Positions 17,291 through 26,973 of a stretch of 64,000 nucleotides of DNA are shown here, piece by piece. The first letter of the stretch is position 1. Each line of letters opens with the position of its first letter. The stretch is from Dehalococcoidia bacterium. Its GTDB lineage: Bacteria > Chloroflexota > Dehalococcoidia > Plut-88900. Location: positions 192,001 through 256,000 of the forward strand of contig CBDBLV010000002.1 in the NCBI GenBank assembly GCA_965207225.1, in the 5' to 3' direction. The notes under the pieces were generated by a model. The model was not told where the DNA came from, ran no database searches, and was given only the letters and a program-made list of their open reading frames with translations. Both the position numbers and the translations under genes were made by a program.

Positions 17291-17599
17291 GGCGATGGAA
17301 GGTCCACAACATTAAACGGCACGCTCCTCACTTAGGAGCCCTGCCGAAAAACCTCGGGCCTTATGGCCCTTGGAAAAATCTCCCCCGTCGTTCCCCTCGG
17401 AGATTCCCATTAACCCAGCGACGGCAGCGAGAAAACACCTCCCCACCCCTCCGAGTGGGTCAGGAAAACTGAGAAACTGGTGGTAGAGACGCCCTCAGGC
17501 GAGGTCTCCTCGCTTGTCTGCCATGTGACACAGGAACACGGGGCTGAACCAGGCTGGCCTCCCGCCCCCTGAAAACCGAGTCCCGGACCTTCCATCGCC
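17291..17599 (+). ncRNA. Putative structured ncRNA, copy 2
   Basis: Identical 15-bp closing stem GGCGATGGAAGGTCC (17291-17305) / GGACCTTCCATCGCC (17585-17599); flanks homologous to copy 1. Confidence 0.6.
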
Positions 17600-17789
17600 G
17601 ACCCCCTCCAAAACAGACAGAACGAAAATGAAAACCCCACAACTGAATAGGAACCCGGCGCATCACCAACCAGCCCAACCAGCGCAGCATATAGCGTTCC
17701 ACCCGGCTAAGGAGTACCATTACGCAGGCCCCAATTCTGCCAACCCCATGACAGGACCCAGACCCGTGAGCAGCCGGTAGGAGACACCC

Positions 17790-18956
17790 ATGGAGTACAA
17801 GATCATATCTGCGGACACCCACCTGGACACCGCTTGGCTTCCCGGCGACCTCTTCACCGATAACGCCCCCGCTCACCTCAGGGACAAGATGCCCTACGTG
17901 ACCGAGGGCAAGCACGGCGGCAAGGTCTGGGAGATCGGGGGTGAGTACATGTGCGGCGCGGGCGTCGGGGGCAACCTCACGCAGGACTTTGCCGCCTACG
18001 TCCCCGGCCAGTCCCATCACCTTGACCGCATGGCTGAGGTCGGCTTCTTCGAAGGCCAGGAGGACGGCATCTACCACCCCTCCGACCCCGAGCTCCGCAT
18101 CAAGGACCAGGACATAGACGGCGTGGACGCCGAGGTGGTCTACGGCATCCTTGGAATTGGCGGAGGCGGTTTTTCCGGGCCTGGTTTCAGGGACTTTGAG
18201 GTCACCACCGCCATCTACGACGTTTACAATAAATGGGTTTCCGACCTGTTTCGACCATACTCCAACCGGATAGCGGGCCTCGGGTGCCTCAGCAGCCACG
18301 ACCCCGATGTGGCCGCCCGGCAGCTCAGGGACTGCGCCGGCCTGGGCCTCCGCGGCGCCGAGATCAACGCCGGCAAGATGCCCGACCCCGCCTACCACAA
18401 GGCATGGGAGCCCCTGTGGCAGGCCGCGTCCGACACCCAGATGCCCATTTCCTTCCACACCCTGGGCTATCCCCACCGCACCCCCGCCCCCGAGGACCAG
18501 GACGAATATGGAAGGCTGGACATGGGTCTTCGCTTCATCATGTTTCAGCTATCCGGCATCGAGTTCCTGGTGAGCATGGTCCTCTCCGGCGCCTGCGTAC
18601 GCCACCCCGATTTCCAGTTCGTGCTCGGCGAGTGTGGCATCGGCTGGATCCCTTACGTAATTGAGAGGACTGACCTCAAGTACGATGACCGGCTGTTCCA
18701 TCTCGGCTTCGATATGAAGCCCAGCGATTACTGGCGCAGACAGGGATACTCGACCTTCCAGCAGGAGTACGTCTCCACCGATGAGGTCGAGCGGATCGGC
18801 GTTGACAACATCATGTGGGGCTCCGACTACCCTCACCCCGACGGCGTCTTCCCCGATTCCGCCAGGGCCATAGACGAGGGTCTTGGGCACCTGGATGCAG
18901 CCATTCGGCAGAAGCTGATTTGCGACAACGCCGCCAGGGTGTACAAGTTCAACTAG
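17790..18956 (+). CDS. Amidohydrolase_2 family metal-dependent hydrolase/decarboxylase
   Basis: ISADTH, PISFH, GECGIGW, MWGSDYPH. Confidence 0.9.
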   Translation: MEYKIISADTHLDTAWLPGDLFTDNAPAHLRDKMPYVTEGKHGGKVWEIGGEYMCGAGVGGNLTQDFAAYVPGQSHHLDRMAEVGFFEGQEDGIYHPSDPELRIKDQDIDGVDAEVVYGILGIGGGGFSGPGFRDFEVTTAIYDVYNKWVSDLFRPYSNRIAGLGCLSSHDPDVAARQLRDCAGLGLRGAEINAGKMPDPAYHKAWEPLWQAASDTQMPISFHTLGYPHRTPAPEDQDEYGRLDMGLRFIMFQLSGIEFLVSMVLSGACVRHPDFQFVLGECGIGWIPYVIERTDLKYDDRLFHLGFDMKPSDYWRRQGYSTFQQEYVSTDEVERIGVDNIMWGSDYPHPDGVFPDSARAIDEGLGHLDAAIRQKLICDNAARVYKFN

Positions 18957-19011
18957 CCGAAATGCAAGGTCGATGCCCCTGCAACGCGCTGGCAGACACT
19001 AGGAGAGGAAT

Positions 19012-20166
19012 ATGAAATACAGCCTGATTTCCGCCGACACCCACATGGACCTCGTCTACATGCCCCCAGAGGTCTTCGTTGAGAATGCCCCATCGCACCT
19101 CAGGCACATGATGCCTCACGTAGAGGACACCGACGACGGGCCCTTCTGGATGCAGCAAGGAGACAGGGTAGTGCCTTCAGGGTTTGGTGGCCTGAACAGC
19201 GGAGAGTACAAGGAGGGCGAGGAACTGCACCTGGACCGCATGGCTGAAGTCGGCTTCTTCGACAGCATTGGGGAGGGTATTTTCCACCCCAGCAACCCCG
19301 ACCTCCGGGTCAAAGACCTCGATATTGACGGCGTCGACGCCGAGATGATGTATGGAATCCTGGAGATTGGCGCGGGCGGGCGCCTCGGCCCCGACGTTGA
19401 AGACGCAGGCGTCCTTGAAGCCACCTATGAGGTCTACAACCAGTGGGTCGCCGAATTCGTCGGCAAGAACCCCACCCGCATGAACGCCCTCGCCTGTCTC
19501 ACCCACCGGGACCCCCAGACCGCCGCCGACCAGCTCCGCAAAGCCGCCGAGCTGGGCCTCCGTGGCGCGGAGATACTCGTCCCCCCGATGATTAAGCCCG
19601 TCTACCACAAGGACTGGGATGTCTTGTGGCAGGCCGCCGCCGAGTGTCGGGTCCCCATCTCCTTCCACACCCTCGGCGGCCAGTTCTCCAGGCCCAAACC
19701 CGGTGAGGAGCAGGAGTACAAATACGTAGTCAGGGGGCTGGGCGAAGCTCTGTTTCAGATCGCCGGCTCCGAGTTCCTGATCAGCGTAATCCTATCCGGC
19801 GCATGCGAGAGGTTCCCGGACTTCAACTGGGTCCTCGGCGAATGTGGCATCGGTTGGATACCCTACATCGTCGAAAGGACCGACATAGAATACGACGACC
19901 GGCTGTTCCAGCTAGGGCTGGAGATGAAGCCCAGCGACTACTGGCGCCGCCAGGGCCATTCCACCTTCCAGGACGAATACGTCTCCATGGACGAGGTGGA
20001 GAGAATTGGCGTGGACTCCATCATGTGGGGCTCCGACTACCCCCACCCCGACGGCGTCTTCCCCGACTCCCGGGCCGTCATCAAGAAAAACCTCGGGCAC
20101 CTGCCGGATGAAATAGTCAGCCAGATCACCTGCGACAACGCCGCCAAGCTCTACCGCTTCAATTGA
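19012..20166 (+). CDS. Amidohydrolase_2 family protein (tandem paralog)
   Basis: ISADTH, PISFH, GECGIGW, MWGSDYPH. Confidence 0.9.
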   Translation: MKYSLISADTHMDLVYMPPEVFVENAPSHLRHMMPHVEDTDDGPFWMQQGDRVVPSGFGGLNSGEYKEGEELHLDRMAEVGFFDSIGEGIFHPSNPDLRVKDLDIDGVDAEMMYGILEIGAGGRLGPDVEDAGVLEATYEVYNQWVAEFVGKNPTRMNALACLTHRDPQTAADQLRKAAELGLRGAEILVPPMIKPVYHKDWDVLWQAAAECRVPISFHTLGGQFSRPKPGEEQEYKYVVRGLGEALFQIAGSEFLISVILSGACERFPDFNWVLGECGIGWIPYIVERTDIEYDDRLFQLGLEMKPSDYWRRQGHSTFQDEYVSMDEVERIGVDSIMWGSDYPHPDGVFPDSRAVIKKNLGHLPDEIVSQITCDNAAKLYRFN

Positions 20167-20235
20167 TTGCTCGCCTAGCGTAGGGGTAAGAGCGCTCGGC
20201 TACCGGGGCGAGAAAGTTGGCTGGTTCACAGCCGC

Positions 20236-21402
20236 CTAGCCTGCCCTGTGTATGGTCTGGGGCAGCCCGCTAAGAACCTCGCAACCATTCTCGGTTACCA
20301 GGACCGTCTCGCTCACCCCGACTCCATACTCACCCTTCTCAAACAGGATAACTGGCATGTGGAATGTCATGCCCGGAGCCAGGATGTCCGTGGAGTCGGG
20401 TTCCAGGCTCAGGTTCCCCCGGTCGGACCACATAATCCCGTTCTGGTAGCCCGTGCGGTGCCTGAACACCTCTGAGCTGCCCGCCTTTTCAATAACCCCG
20501 CGGCAGGCGGCGTCCACGTCTCCGGTTGTCACGCCCGGCCGGATTGCCTCGATAGTCGCTCGCAGCGCCTCCTCGGCCAGGGCGTGCAGCGACTCCGCCC
20601 CCGGATGGCTCCCGAGCACCGCGGAGCGGCAGATGCTTCCCGCGTATCCCTTCTCCCAGCCTCCCGTCTCGGTGAATACTGGCTGGTTGGCTTCAAGGGC
20701 GTAGGAGGTCGGGAGGCCGTGGGGGAGGGCAGTGCGCGGTCCAAAAAGTAATGTAAACGGCCGCATCCAACTTGCGCCGGCATCCATCACCGCCGAAATC
20801 ATTGCATCGGAAACTTCAGCTTCGGTGATGCCCTCCCTCAAGGAAGCATTCATTGTATTGATGGCTACCCGTGTGAAGCCCATGGCCTTGCGCATCGTCT
20901 CGATTTCTACATCGCTCTTTACCGCCGCCACCTTGGACACGACCTGTGTCGCATCTACCACCGTCAGATTAGGCAGTTCCGCCTCGAGCCTCGCCACGTC
21001 CCAGGGGGCCAGGTTCCAGCAGCCCAGCTCCATCCCGAGCCTCCCCCCATCCACCCCAAACCTCCGAAGGACGTCGGCCACCGCCTTTGCCTGGTCGCCC
21101 TGCTGGGTGTAGGGCACAACCTCGGTTACGCAGCTCTCGGTCAATACGGCGTCCTCGTCATACCTCCTGACCACATACGTTGGCGGCTGGCCCGGGGCCA
21201 GGATTAGCGGGAACGGGGCGAAGTAGCCCCCGGACCCGTCGTAACCGGAAAGGTATTCAAGGTGGCTGTAAGCAGTCACTGCAATCGCATCCAGCCCGTG
21301 CGACTCCAGCGACGCCACTACGGCATCCTGACGCCTCTGGTATTCCTCCTTGGAAAAGGGAGGCGCCGTCATGGGAATCGAACCGCTGCTCACTGATGCC
21401 AT
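20236..21402 (-). CDS. M24-fold hydrolase, ectoine hydrolase (DoeA/EutD)/creatinase-like
   Basis: Creatinase N-domain 'EEYQRR...YLSGY'; pita-bread domain with HRTGY, MTFHMP, VSETVLVT. Confidence 0.8.
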   Translation of the reverse strand: MASVSSGSIPMTAPPFSKEEYQRRQDAVVASLESHGLDAIAVTAYSHLEYLSGYDGSGGYFAPFPLILAPGQPPTYVVRRYDEDAVLTESCVTEVVPYTQQGDQAKAVADVLRRFGVDGGRLGMELGCWNLAPWDVARLEAELPNLTVVDATQVVSKVAAVKSDVEIETMRKAMGFTRVAINTMNASLREGITEAEVSDAMISAVMDAGASWMRPFTLLFGPRTALPHGLPTSYALEANQPVFTETGGWEKGYAGSICRSAVLGSHPGAESLHALAEEALRATIEAIRPGVTTGDVDAACRGVIEKAGSSEVFRHRTGYQNGIMWSDRGNLSLEPDSTDILAPGMTFHMPVILFEKGEYGVGVSETVLVTENGCEVLSGLPQTIHRAG

Positions 21403-21536
21403 TGTGTTCCTCCTGAATTTAATTGCCTTCCCCTCACCTCGCGGCGACCCATCTTAGGTTTTGGGCAGACAGACAGTCAATGGCAGACAGGCGAAAGCTG
21501 CGCCGCCAGTCATAGGCAGAATGGACAGGAAATGAG

Positions 21537-21611
21537 TGGTACCCCCGGCGGGACTCGAACCCACGCTTCCAGCTCCGGAGGCTGGCGCTCTATCCTCTGA
21601 GCTACGGGGGC
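21537..21611 (-). tRNA. tRNA-Arg(CCG)
   Basis: GCCCCCGTAGCTCAG...CCAGC-CTCCGGA-GCTGG...GGTTCGAGTCC...GGGGGTACCA. Confidence 0.95.
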
Positions 21612-21697
21612 GCGCCTAAAGCATAGCCGTGCTTAATGGGGGCTGCAAGGGCGCTGCTTTGGTTGGGAGTTACGGATTCCTGAAAAGGCGCACCGAC

Positions 21698-23104
21698 TCA
21701 CTGCTCCTTCGGCGCTTCTTTCGCATCCTGTTCGGGCGAATCCGCCAACGCGTGAGGCATTATGCTCTCCTGGAATGCCGACCTCATCCCCACCTTGTCC
21801 CTGGAAAACAGAGGCTGGAGCACCAGCGGGGCCATCAGCGTGGTCACGATAGTCATAAACACCGTCACCCCGAACAGCTCTCCACCTATTACACCCTTGC
21901 TCAACCCGATGCCAGCGATGATCAACGCAACCTCGCCCCTCGGGAGCATGCCGAACCCGATCCTCGCAGAACCGAGGGTGTTGAACCCCAATCCCATGGC
22001 CGGAATCCCGGACCCGAACACCTTGGAGACTATCGCCAAGCCCGACAACACCAGCCCGAACACGATAACACCGCCGAACAGGCTCATGTCGACCTGCATC
22101 CCCTGCACCACGAAGAATATGGGCACCAGGGCGTCGTGCAAGACTACGAAGGGAGGGTCGCGCCTGTGTTCATCTTCTTCCGTGCCCGGCGGGTGATGGG
22201 CCAGCACCTGTGCCAGTTTCGTGCCCGAAAGGGCCAGCCCTGCGGCGTAAGCACCAATGATGAAAGCCAGTCCGAAGCTCTCTGCCAGCCCCGAAGACAG
22301 GAGCGCAATACCAAACGAAATCGCAATCGCAGCCCCGGTGACTTTCAGAGACAGTATGAACTTCGATATGTACTTGGAAATCAGCAGTCCTCCCCCGAAC
22401 CACACCACCAGGAACCCCGCCGCCTTCCCCCCGACTATCAGTATGTCAGTGACCGACACCGCACCCGTGTCGGCGACACCCACGGCCAGGGTCAGGATGA
22501 GGATGCCCAGGATGTCATCGATCACGGCCGCCGCCATGATTGTGACGCCCTCGGGCGTTGCCAGCTTCTTGCGTTCGCTCAGGACTCGGGCCGTTATCCC
22601 CACTGAGGTGGCCGTCATGGCTGCTCCCATGAACAGCGCCTCCGCACTGCCTATGCTATCCGCATATCCGAATGCGATGGTCGCAAATACGCCAAGAATG
22701 AACGGCACTACCACGCCGCCTAGCGCTATTACCGACCCCGGTTTCGCATATCTCATGAACTGCCCGAGATTGGTCTCCAGCCCCACGAAGAACAGCAGCA
22801 CTATCACTGCTATCTCCGAAATGGAGAAGAGCTCGGAACTGATCGCCTCGGTGGGCACCTCCGGCTTTGCGAACAGGAGCCCCAGGTCCGACCCCGGTAT
22901 GATTGTGCTCAGGTTGATCAGGTTGCCCAGGGCGTAGGGCCCTATGGCGACGCCTACCATCAGCTCTCCAATCACCGCCGGAAGCTTCAGGTATCGCGTG
23001 AAGATCTCGCCACCCAGCTTGGCCAGTATCAGGATCACACACAACTGGATGACCAGGTGTGTTACAGCTTCCAGGACGCTGGACTCACCAGCGGCAAAGA
23101 GCAA
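21698..23104 (-). CDS. Cation:proton antiporter (CPA2 family)
   Basis: LFFVGLE, TATSVGIT, AAVIDD, GMLPRGEV; many TM helices. Confidence 0.92.
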   Translation of the reverse strand: MLFAAGESSVLEAVTHLVIQLCVILILAKLGGEIFTRYLKLPAVIGELMVGVAIGPYALGNLINLSTIIPGSDLGLLFAKPEVPTEAISSELFSISEIAVIVLLFFVGLETNLGQFMRYAKPGSVIALGGVVVPFILGVFATIAFGYADSIGSAEALFMGAAMTATSVGITARVLSERKKLATPEGVTIMAAAVIDDILGILILTLAVGVADTGAVSVTDILIVGGKAAGFLVVWFGGGLLISKYISKFILSLKVTGAAIAISFGIALLSSGLAESFGLAFIIGAYAAGLALSGTKLAQVLAHHPPGTEEDEHRRDPPFVVLHDALVPIFFVVQGMQVDMSLFGGVIVFGLVLSGLAIVSKVFGSGIPAMGLGFNTLGSARIGFGMLPRGEVALIIAGIGLSKGVIGGELFGVTVFMTIVTTLMAPLVLQPLFSRDKVGMRSAFQESIMPHALADSPEQDAKEAPKEQ

Positions 23105-23275
23105 GGAAGTCCTCCGATGCCTGGCTGCTCACGCTAATCGCGTCCACTTGTAGCAATAGTCAAAAGAATATGGAAGGGGAAGGGTGCAGGTGTTGAAATA
23201 GAGAATGCTCTCAACAGGGTCTCTCGGGGGGAGTATACCATGCAGTTCACCACACAGAGCAGGAGGTCTCGTTGC

Positions 23276-23304
23276 TTGACACCCCTATGTGTGATACTTA
23301 TTAT
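23276..23304 (+). promoter_or_regulatory. Putative sigma70 promoter for glmU
   Basis: TTGACA-17 nt-TATTAT. Confidence 0.6.
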
Positions 23305-23444
23305 CTAAATAGAGATTGAGATGATTGAGCTTGACGACCCTCCCAGTAGTAGGTCGAAGGCCCCAATAAACAAATACTTGGACTAGCTGTCCCTTCCTTC
23401 CTCGCGGAGCGCGGAAAAGAAGGGACTTCTTATTTGGACAAAAT

Positions 23445-24797
23445 ATGACAAGTTGGGCTGGGGTAATACTGGCGGCGGGTAAGGGGACTCGGATGAAGAG
23501 CCGAATCCCCAAGCCCCTTCACCGTGTTGCGGGCAGAGAGATGCTCTCATGGGTGAAGGATGCGGTCTCGCAAACTCCGGCGACCGTAACTGCTGCGGTA
23601 GTCGGCCCCGACTTCCCGACCCAACACGCCTGCTTTTCCAACGGCACAATTCGGGTTTTACAGGGAGAGAGGCTGGGCACGGGCCACGCGCTCCTTCAAA
23701 CGCAGCCCTTCATTGCTGAGCACACCGACCACGTGCTGGTAGTCAACGCTGACATGCCCCTCCTCACCCCCGACACCCTAAACCTGATGATTGACCGGCA
23801 CCTTGGCGCCGAAGCTGCCCTCACTGTCCTCACCTGCAGGGTACCGGAACCCGGCGAGATGGGAAGGGTCATTCGCAGCCCGGACGGGGAACTCACCGGC
23901 ATAATCGAGTGGCGGGAGGCCGACAAAGAGACCCGAGCCTCCGACGAAGTCTGCTGTGGCGCCTACTGCTTCCGCTCCGAGTGGCTATGGCCTGCCCTCC
24001 GGGACCTTGCCCCTGCTCCTAACGGGGAGTTCTACATCACGTCGCTGTTAGACCGGGCCCGTCGAAGCGGACTCGGCGTCGAATCGGTATCCCCCGCCGA
24101 CCCCGACGAAGCCCTGGGAGTCAATGACCGCTCAGACCTGGCACGGGTGACCGCCGTCGCCTTCGAAAGGACCCGGCAGCGGGCCTTGGCCCAGGGTGTG
24201 ACCCTTGTTGATCCCCGAAGCACCTTCATAGACGCATCCGTGAATATTGGCATGGACACGGTCTTGCAGCCCGGGGTAATCCTCCAGGGCGACACCTCGA
24301 TTGGCAACTTATGCGAGATAGGCCCCAACGCCGTCATCAGGGACTCGTCCATAGGTGAAGGATGTAGGATCCAGGGGTCTGTGATCGAAGAATCCTCAAT
24401 CGATAGTCACGTCGAGATCGGCCCCTATTGTCATCTCCGCCCAGGGGCCCACCTATCCGAGAATGTACACATCGGCAATTACGTGGAAGTTAAGAAGGCG
24501 GCCATCGGCCCGGGGACCAGGGTCGGCCATTTCAGTTATCTGGGAGATGCTGAGATCGGGGCCAATGTGAACATTGGGGCAGGGACGGTTACCTGCAACT
24601 ATGACGGCGTGGCCAAGAACCGCACGATAATCGGCGATGGCGCCTTTATCGGGTCCGACTCCATGCTGGTTGCCCCCGTGAAGATCGGCGCCCGGGCCGT
24701 GACGGGCGCGGGGTCGGTTGTGACCAGAGACCTGCCCGATGATTCACTGTCCTTTGGCGTCCCCGCCCGTGAGAGAACACAAGACCAGGATAGCTAG
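23445..24797 (+). CDS. glmU: Bifunctional UDP-GlcNAc pyrophosphorylase/GlcN-1-P acetyltransferase
   Basis: LAAGKGTRMKS, LGTGHA, hexapeptide repeats, TCNYDG. Confidence 0.96.
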   Translation: MTSWAGVILAAGKGTRMKSRIPKPLHRVAGREMLSWVKDAVSQTPATVTAAVVGPDFPTQHACFSNGTIRVLQGERLGTGHALLQTQPFIAEHTDHVLVVNADMPLLTPDTLNLMIDRHLGAEAALTVLTCRVPEPGEMGRVIRSPDGELTGIIEWREADKETRASDEVCCGAYCFRSEWLWPALRDLAPAPNGEFYITSLLDRARRSGLGVESVSPADPDEALGVNDRSDLARVTAVAFERTRQRALAQGVTLVDPRSTFIDASVNIGMDTVLQPGVILQGDTSIGNLCEIGPNAVIRDSSIGEGCRIQGSVIEESSIDSHVEIGPYCHLRPGAHLSENVHIGNYVEVKKAAIGPGTRVGHFSYLGDAEIGANVNIGAGTVTCNYDGVAKNRTIIGDGAFIGSDSMLVAPVKIGARAVTGAGSVVTRDLPDDSLSFGVPARERTQDQDS

Positions 24798-24810
24798 GAA
24801 ACGTAGAGGT

Positions 24811-25737
24811 ATGATCGAGGAAGTAGGTCGAGAGCCTGTGCAAGACCAACGTCAGAACGGCAATGGACGCCCCAGATCCGCCAACGGTTCCAAGGGTGGA
24901 TTCCTTGGCCGGGTCGCATCCCTCTTTGGGTTTATTCGCAAGCCGGCCGAGGATGCTGCCCCGACCTTCGTCGACGAAGAAGGTCAGGTCCAAAGCCTGG
25001 AAGAAGACGAGACCCAAATGGTCCGGTCCATCCTGGACCTAGACAAGACCCTTGCACGGGAGATAATGGTCCCCCGTATAGACATCGTTGCCCTTGATAC
25101 CAAGTCATCCCTCTCCGAGTTGGTACGCACCGTCATAGAGGCGGGTGTAAGCCGGATCCCCATATACGAAAACACCATCGACAACGTGGTTGGTGTGGTA
25201 TACGCCAAAGACGTCCTCCGCTATTGGGGCCAGCCCGACAACGGCCCCAGCCTCGACCAGATTGCCCGTGCACCACATTTCATTCCCGAAACCAAGCGAG
25301 TGGATGAGCTCCTGCAGGAGTTCCGGAGGAAGCGGGTCCACATGGCCATCGTCGTGGATGAATACGGTGGGGTGGCGGGACTGGTCAGCCTCGAAGATCT
25401 GATGGAGGAAATAGTCGGGGAGATTGAGGACGAATTCGATATCGGGACCCCGCAAATCGAGACCGTAGGCCCCAACGAGATTATAATGGACGCCGCAGTC
25501 AGCATCGATGACCTGAACGAAGCCCTTTCTCTCAATATCCAGGGCGAAGACTTCGATACGGTTGGCGGGTTCATATTTGACCGCTTGGGCAAAATCCCCG
25601 TTCCCGGTGATGAAATTCGGGAGGACGGCTTCCTGGTCTCGGTGCTCACCACCACGGGAAGACGAATACGTAAGGTAAAGATCTCCAGGATTTCTGCCCC
25701 CGTGGAAGACGGAGATGCCGAGTCCCAGGATTCCTGA
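24811..25737 (+). CDS. CBS-pair/CorC-HlyC family protein
   Basis: REIMVPR, SRIPIY, VVDEYGG, EEIVGEIEDEFD. Confidence 0.88.
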   Translation: MIEEVGREPVQDQRQNGNGRPRSANGSKGGFLGRVASLFGFIRKPAEDAAPTFVDEEGQVQSLEEDETQMVRSILDLDKTLAREIMVPRIDIVALDTKSSLSELVRTVIEAGVSRIPIYENTIDNVVGVVYAKDVLRYWGQPDNGPSLDQIARAPHFIPETKRVDELLQEFRRKRVHMAIVVDEYGGVAGLVSLEDLMEEIVGEIEDEFDIGTPQIETVGPNEIIMDAAVSIDDLNEALSLNIQGEDFDTVGGFIFDRLGKIPVPGDEIREDGFLVSVLTTTGRRIRKVKISRISAPVEDGDAESQDS

Positions 25738-25803
25738 AGTCGGTGCAGCAATAGACCAGCCCCGACCGTCAAAAGGAGACGGTCCCATTGAGGAGGAAAG
25801 ACC

Positions 25804-26934
25804 GTGGGAGACTACAGGATTATTTCATCTGACAATCATATAGTTGAACCCCCGGACCTGTGGACCGAGAGGCTGCCTGCTGAATATAAGGAACGCGGCC
25901 CTACGGTTAAGCACACTCCCGATGGACCCTTCTGGCACATCGATGGGCAGCCCCATTTCAACATCTTTGCTATGGGTGCACAGCCCGGCGACAGGTTGGA
26001 AGGAGACGGCAGGCTGGACCAGGTCGTGGACTGGGAAGAAGTCCGCCCAGGCGCCTACATTGGGGAAGAGGCGGTAAAGGACATGGACATAGACGGCCTG
26101 GACGTCGGCCTGGTGTACCCGAGTCTCACGATCTTCCTCTACCCCTTCGTGGAAGACACTAGCCTCCTGAATGCCATTGATAGTACATACAATGACTTCG
26201 CCGCTGAATTTTGTCAGGCCAACCCCAGACGCCTGAAGGGTGTCGCAGTCGTCAACATCGACAACATTGAAGAAGGTGTCGAGGAAATCAAGAGGTGCGT
26301 GAAGAAGGGATTTGTAGGGGTAACAATCCCTGAATACATGGCAGCCAAGAGCTACCGCTCCCGAGACTACGACCCACTCTGGGCTTGTGCCCAGGACCTG
26401 GATATCCCGCTCACGTTCCACATCTCCACGGCCAGGGTACAGGCGGGTCGGGGGTGGGACCGAGACCTGCTTGACCCCTTCGACTTCGCCAACTTCCTCC
26501 TACACAACGCCGACTTCTGGGTGCGGGTATCCCTTACCGAGGTTATCCTTAGCGGCGTCTTCGAACGCTTCCCGAAGCTGAAGATTGGTGTTGCGGAGCA
26601 TGAACTCAGCTGGATCCCCTACTGGCTGGAGCGTATGGACTTCAGCTACAACGACAGGGCCGCCGGCCAGGACGGATACCGCATACCGGGTGACCTGGCC
26701 CCCAGCGATCTCTTCCATTCCAACTGCTTCGCCGACTTCCAGGAGGACGCCCTGGGCATCCAGAACAGGGACATAATAGGCGTGGACAACATCCTCTGGG
26801 GCTCCGATTACCCCCACTCCGAGGGCACTTGGCCCAAGTCCCGAGAGTTCATCGAGACAACCCTCGCCGACTGCACCGATGAAGAAAGGGCCAAACTGGT
26901 CGGTGGCAATACGGCCAGGATCTACAACATCTAA
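25804..26934 (+). CDS. Amidohydrolase_2 family protein
   Basis: ISSDNH, PLTFH, LWGSDYPH. Confidence 0.9.
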   Translation: MGDYRIISSDNHIVEPPDLWTERLPAEYKERGPTVKHTPDGPFWHIDGQPHFNIFAMGAQPGDRLEGDGRLDQVVDWEEVRPGAYIGEEAVKDMDIDGLDVGLVYPSLTIFLYPFVEDTSLLNAIDSTYNDFAAEFCQANPRRLKGVAVVNIDNIEEGVEEIKRCVKKGFVGVTIPEYMAAKSYRSRDYDPLWACAQDLDIPLTFHISTARVQAGRGWDRDLLDPFDFANFLLHNADFWVRVSLTEVILSGVFERFPKLKIGVAEHELSWIPYWLERMDFSYNDRAAGQDGYRIPGDLAPSDLFHSNCFADFQEDALGIQNRDIIGVDNILWGSDYPHSEGTWPKSREFIETTLADCTDEERAKLVGGNTARIYNI

Positions 26935-26973
26935 AGGCTCTACGGCTTCGCAGAAGGGGGAGTTCAGGGGCGG

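Noticed and set aside
17291-17599. MITE with 15-bp terminal inverted repeats
   Set aside because: Homology extends well outside the inverted repeats, the interior is the least conserved part, and there is no target-site duplication
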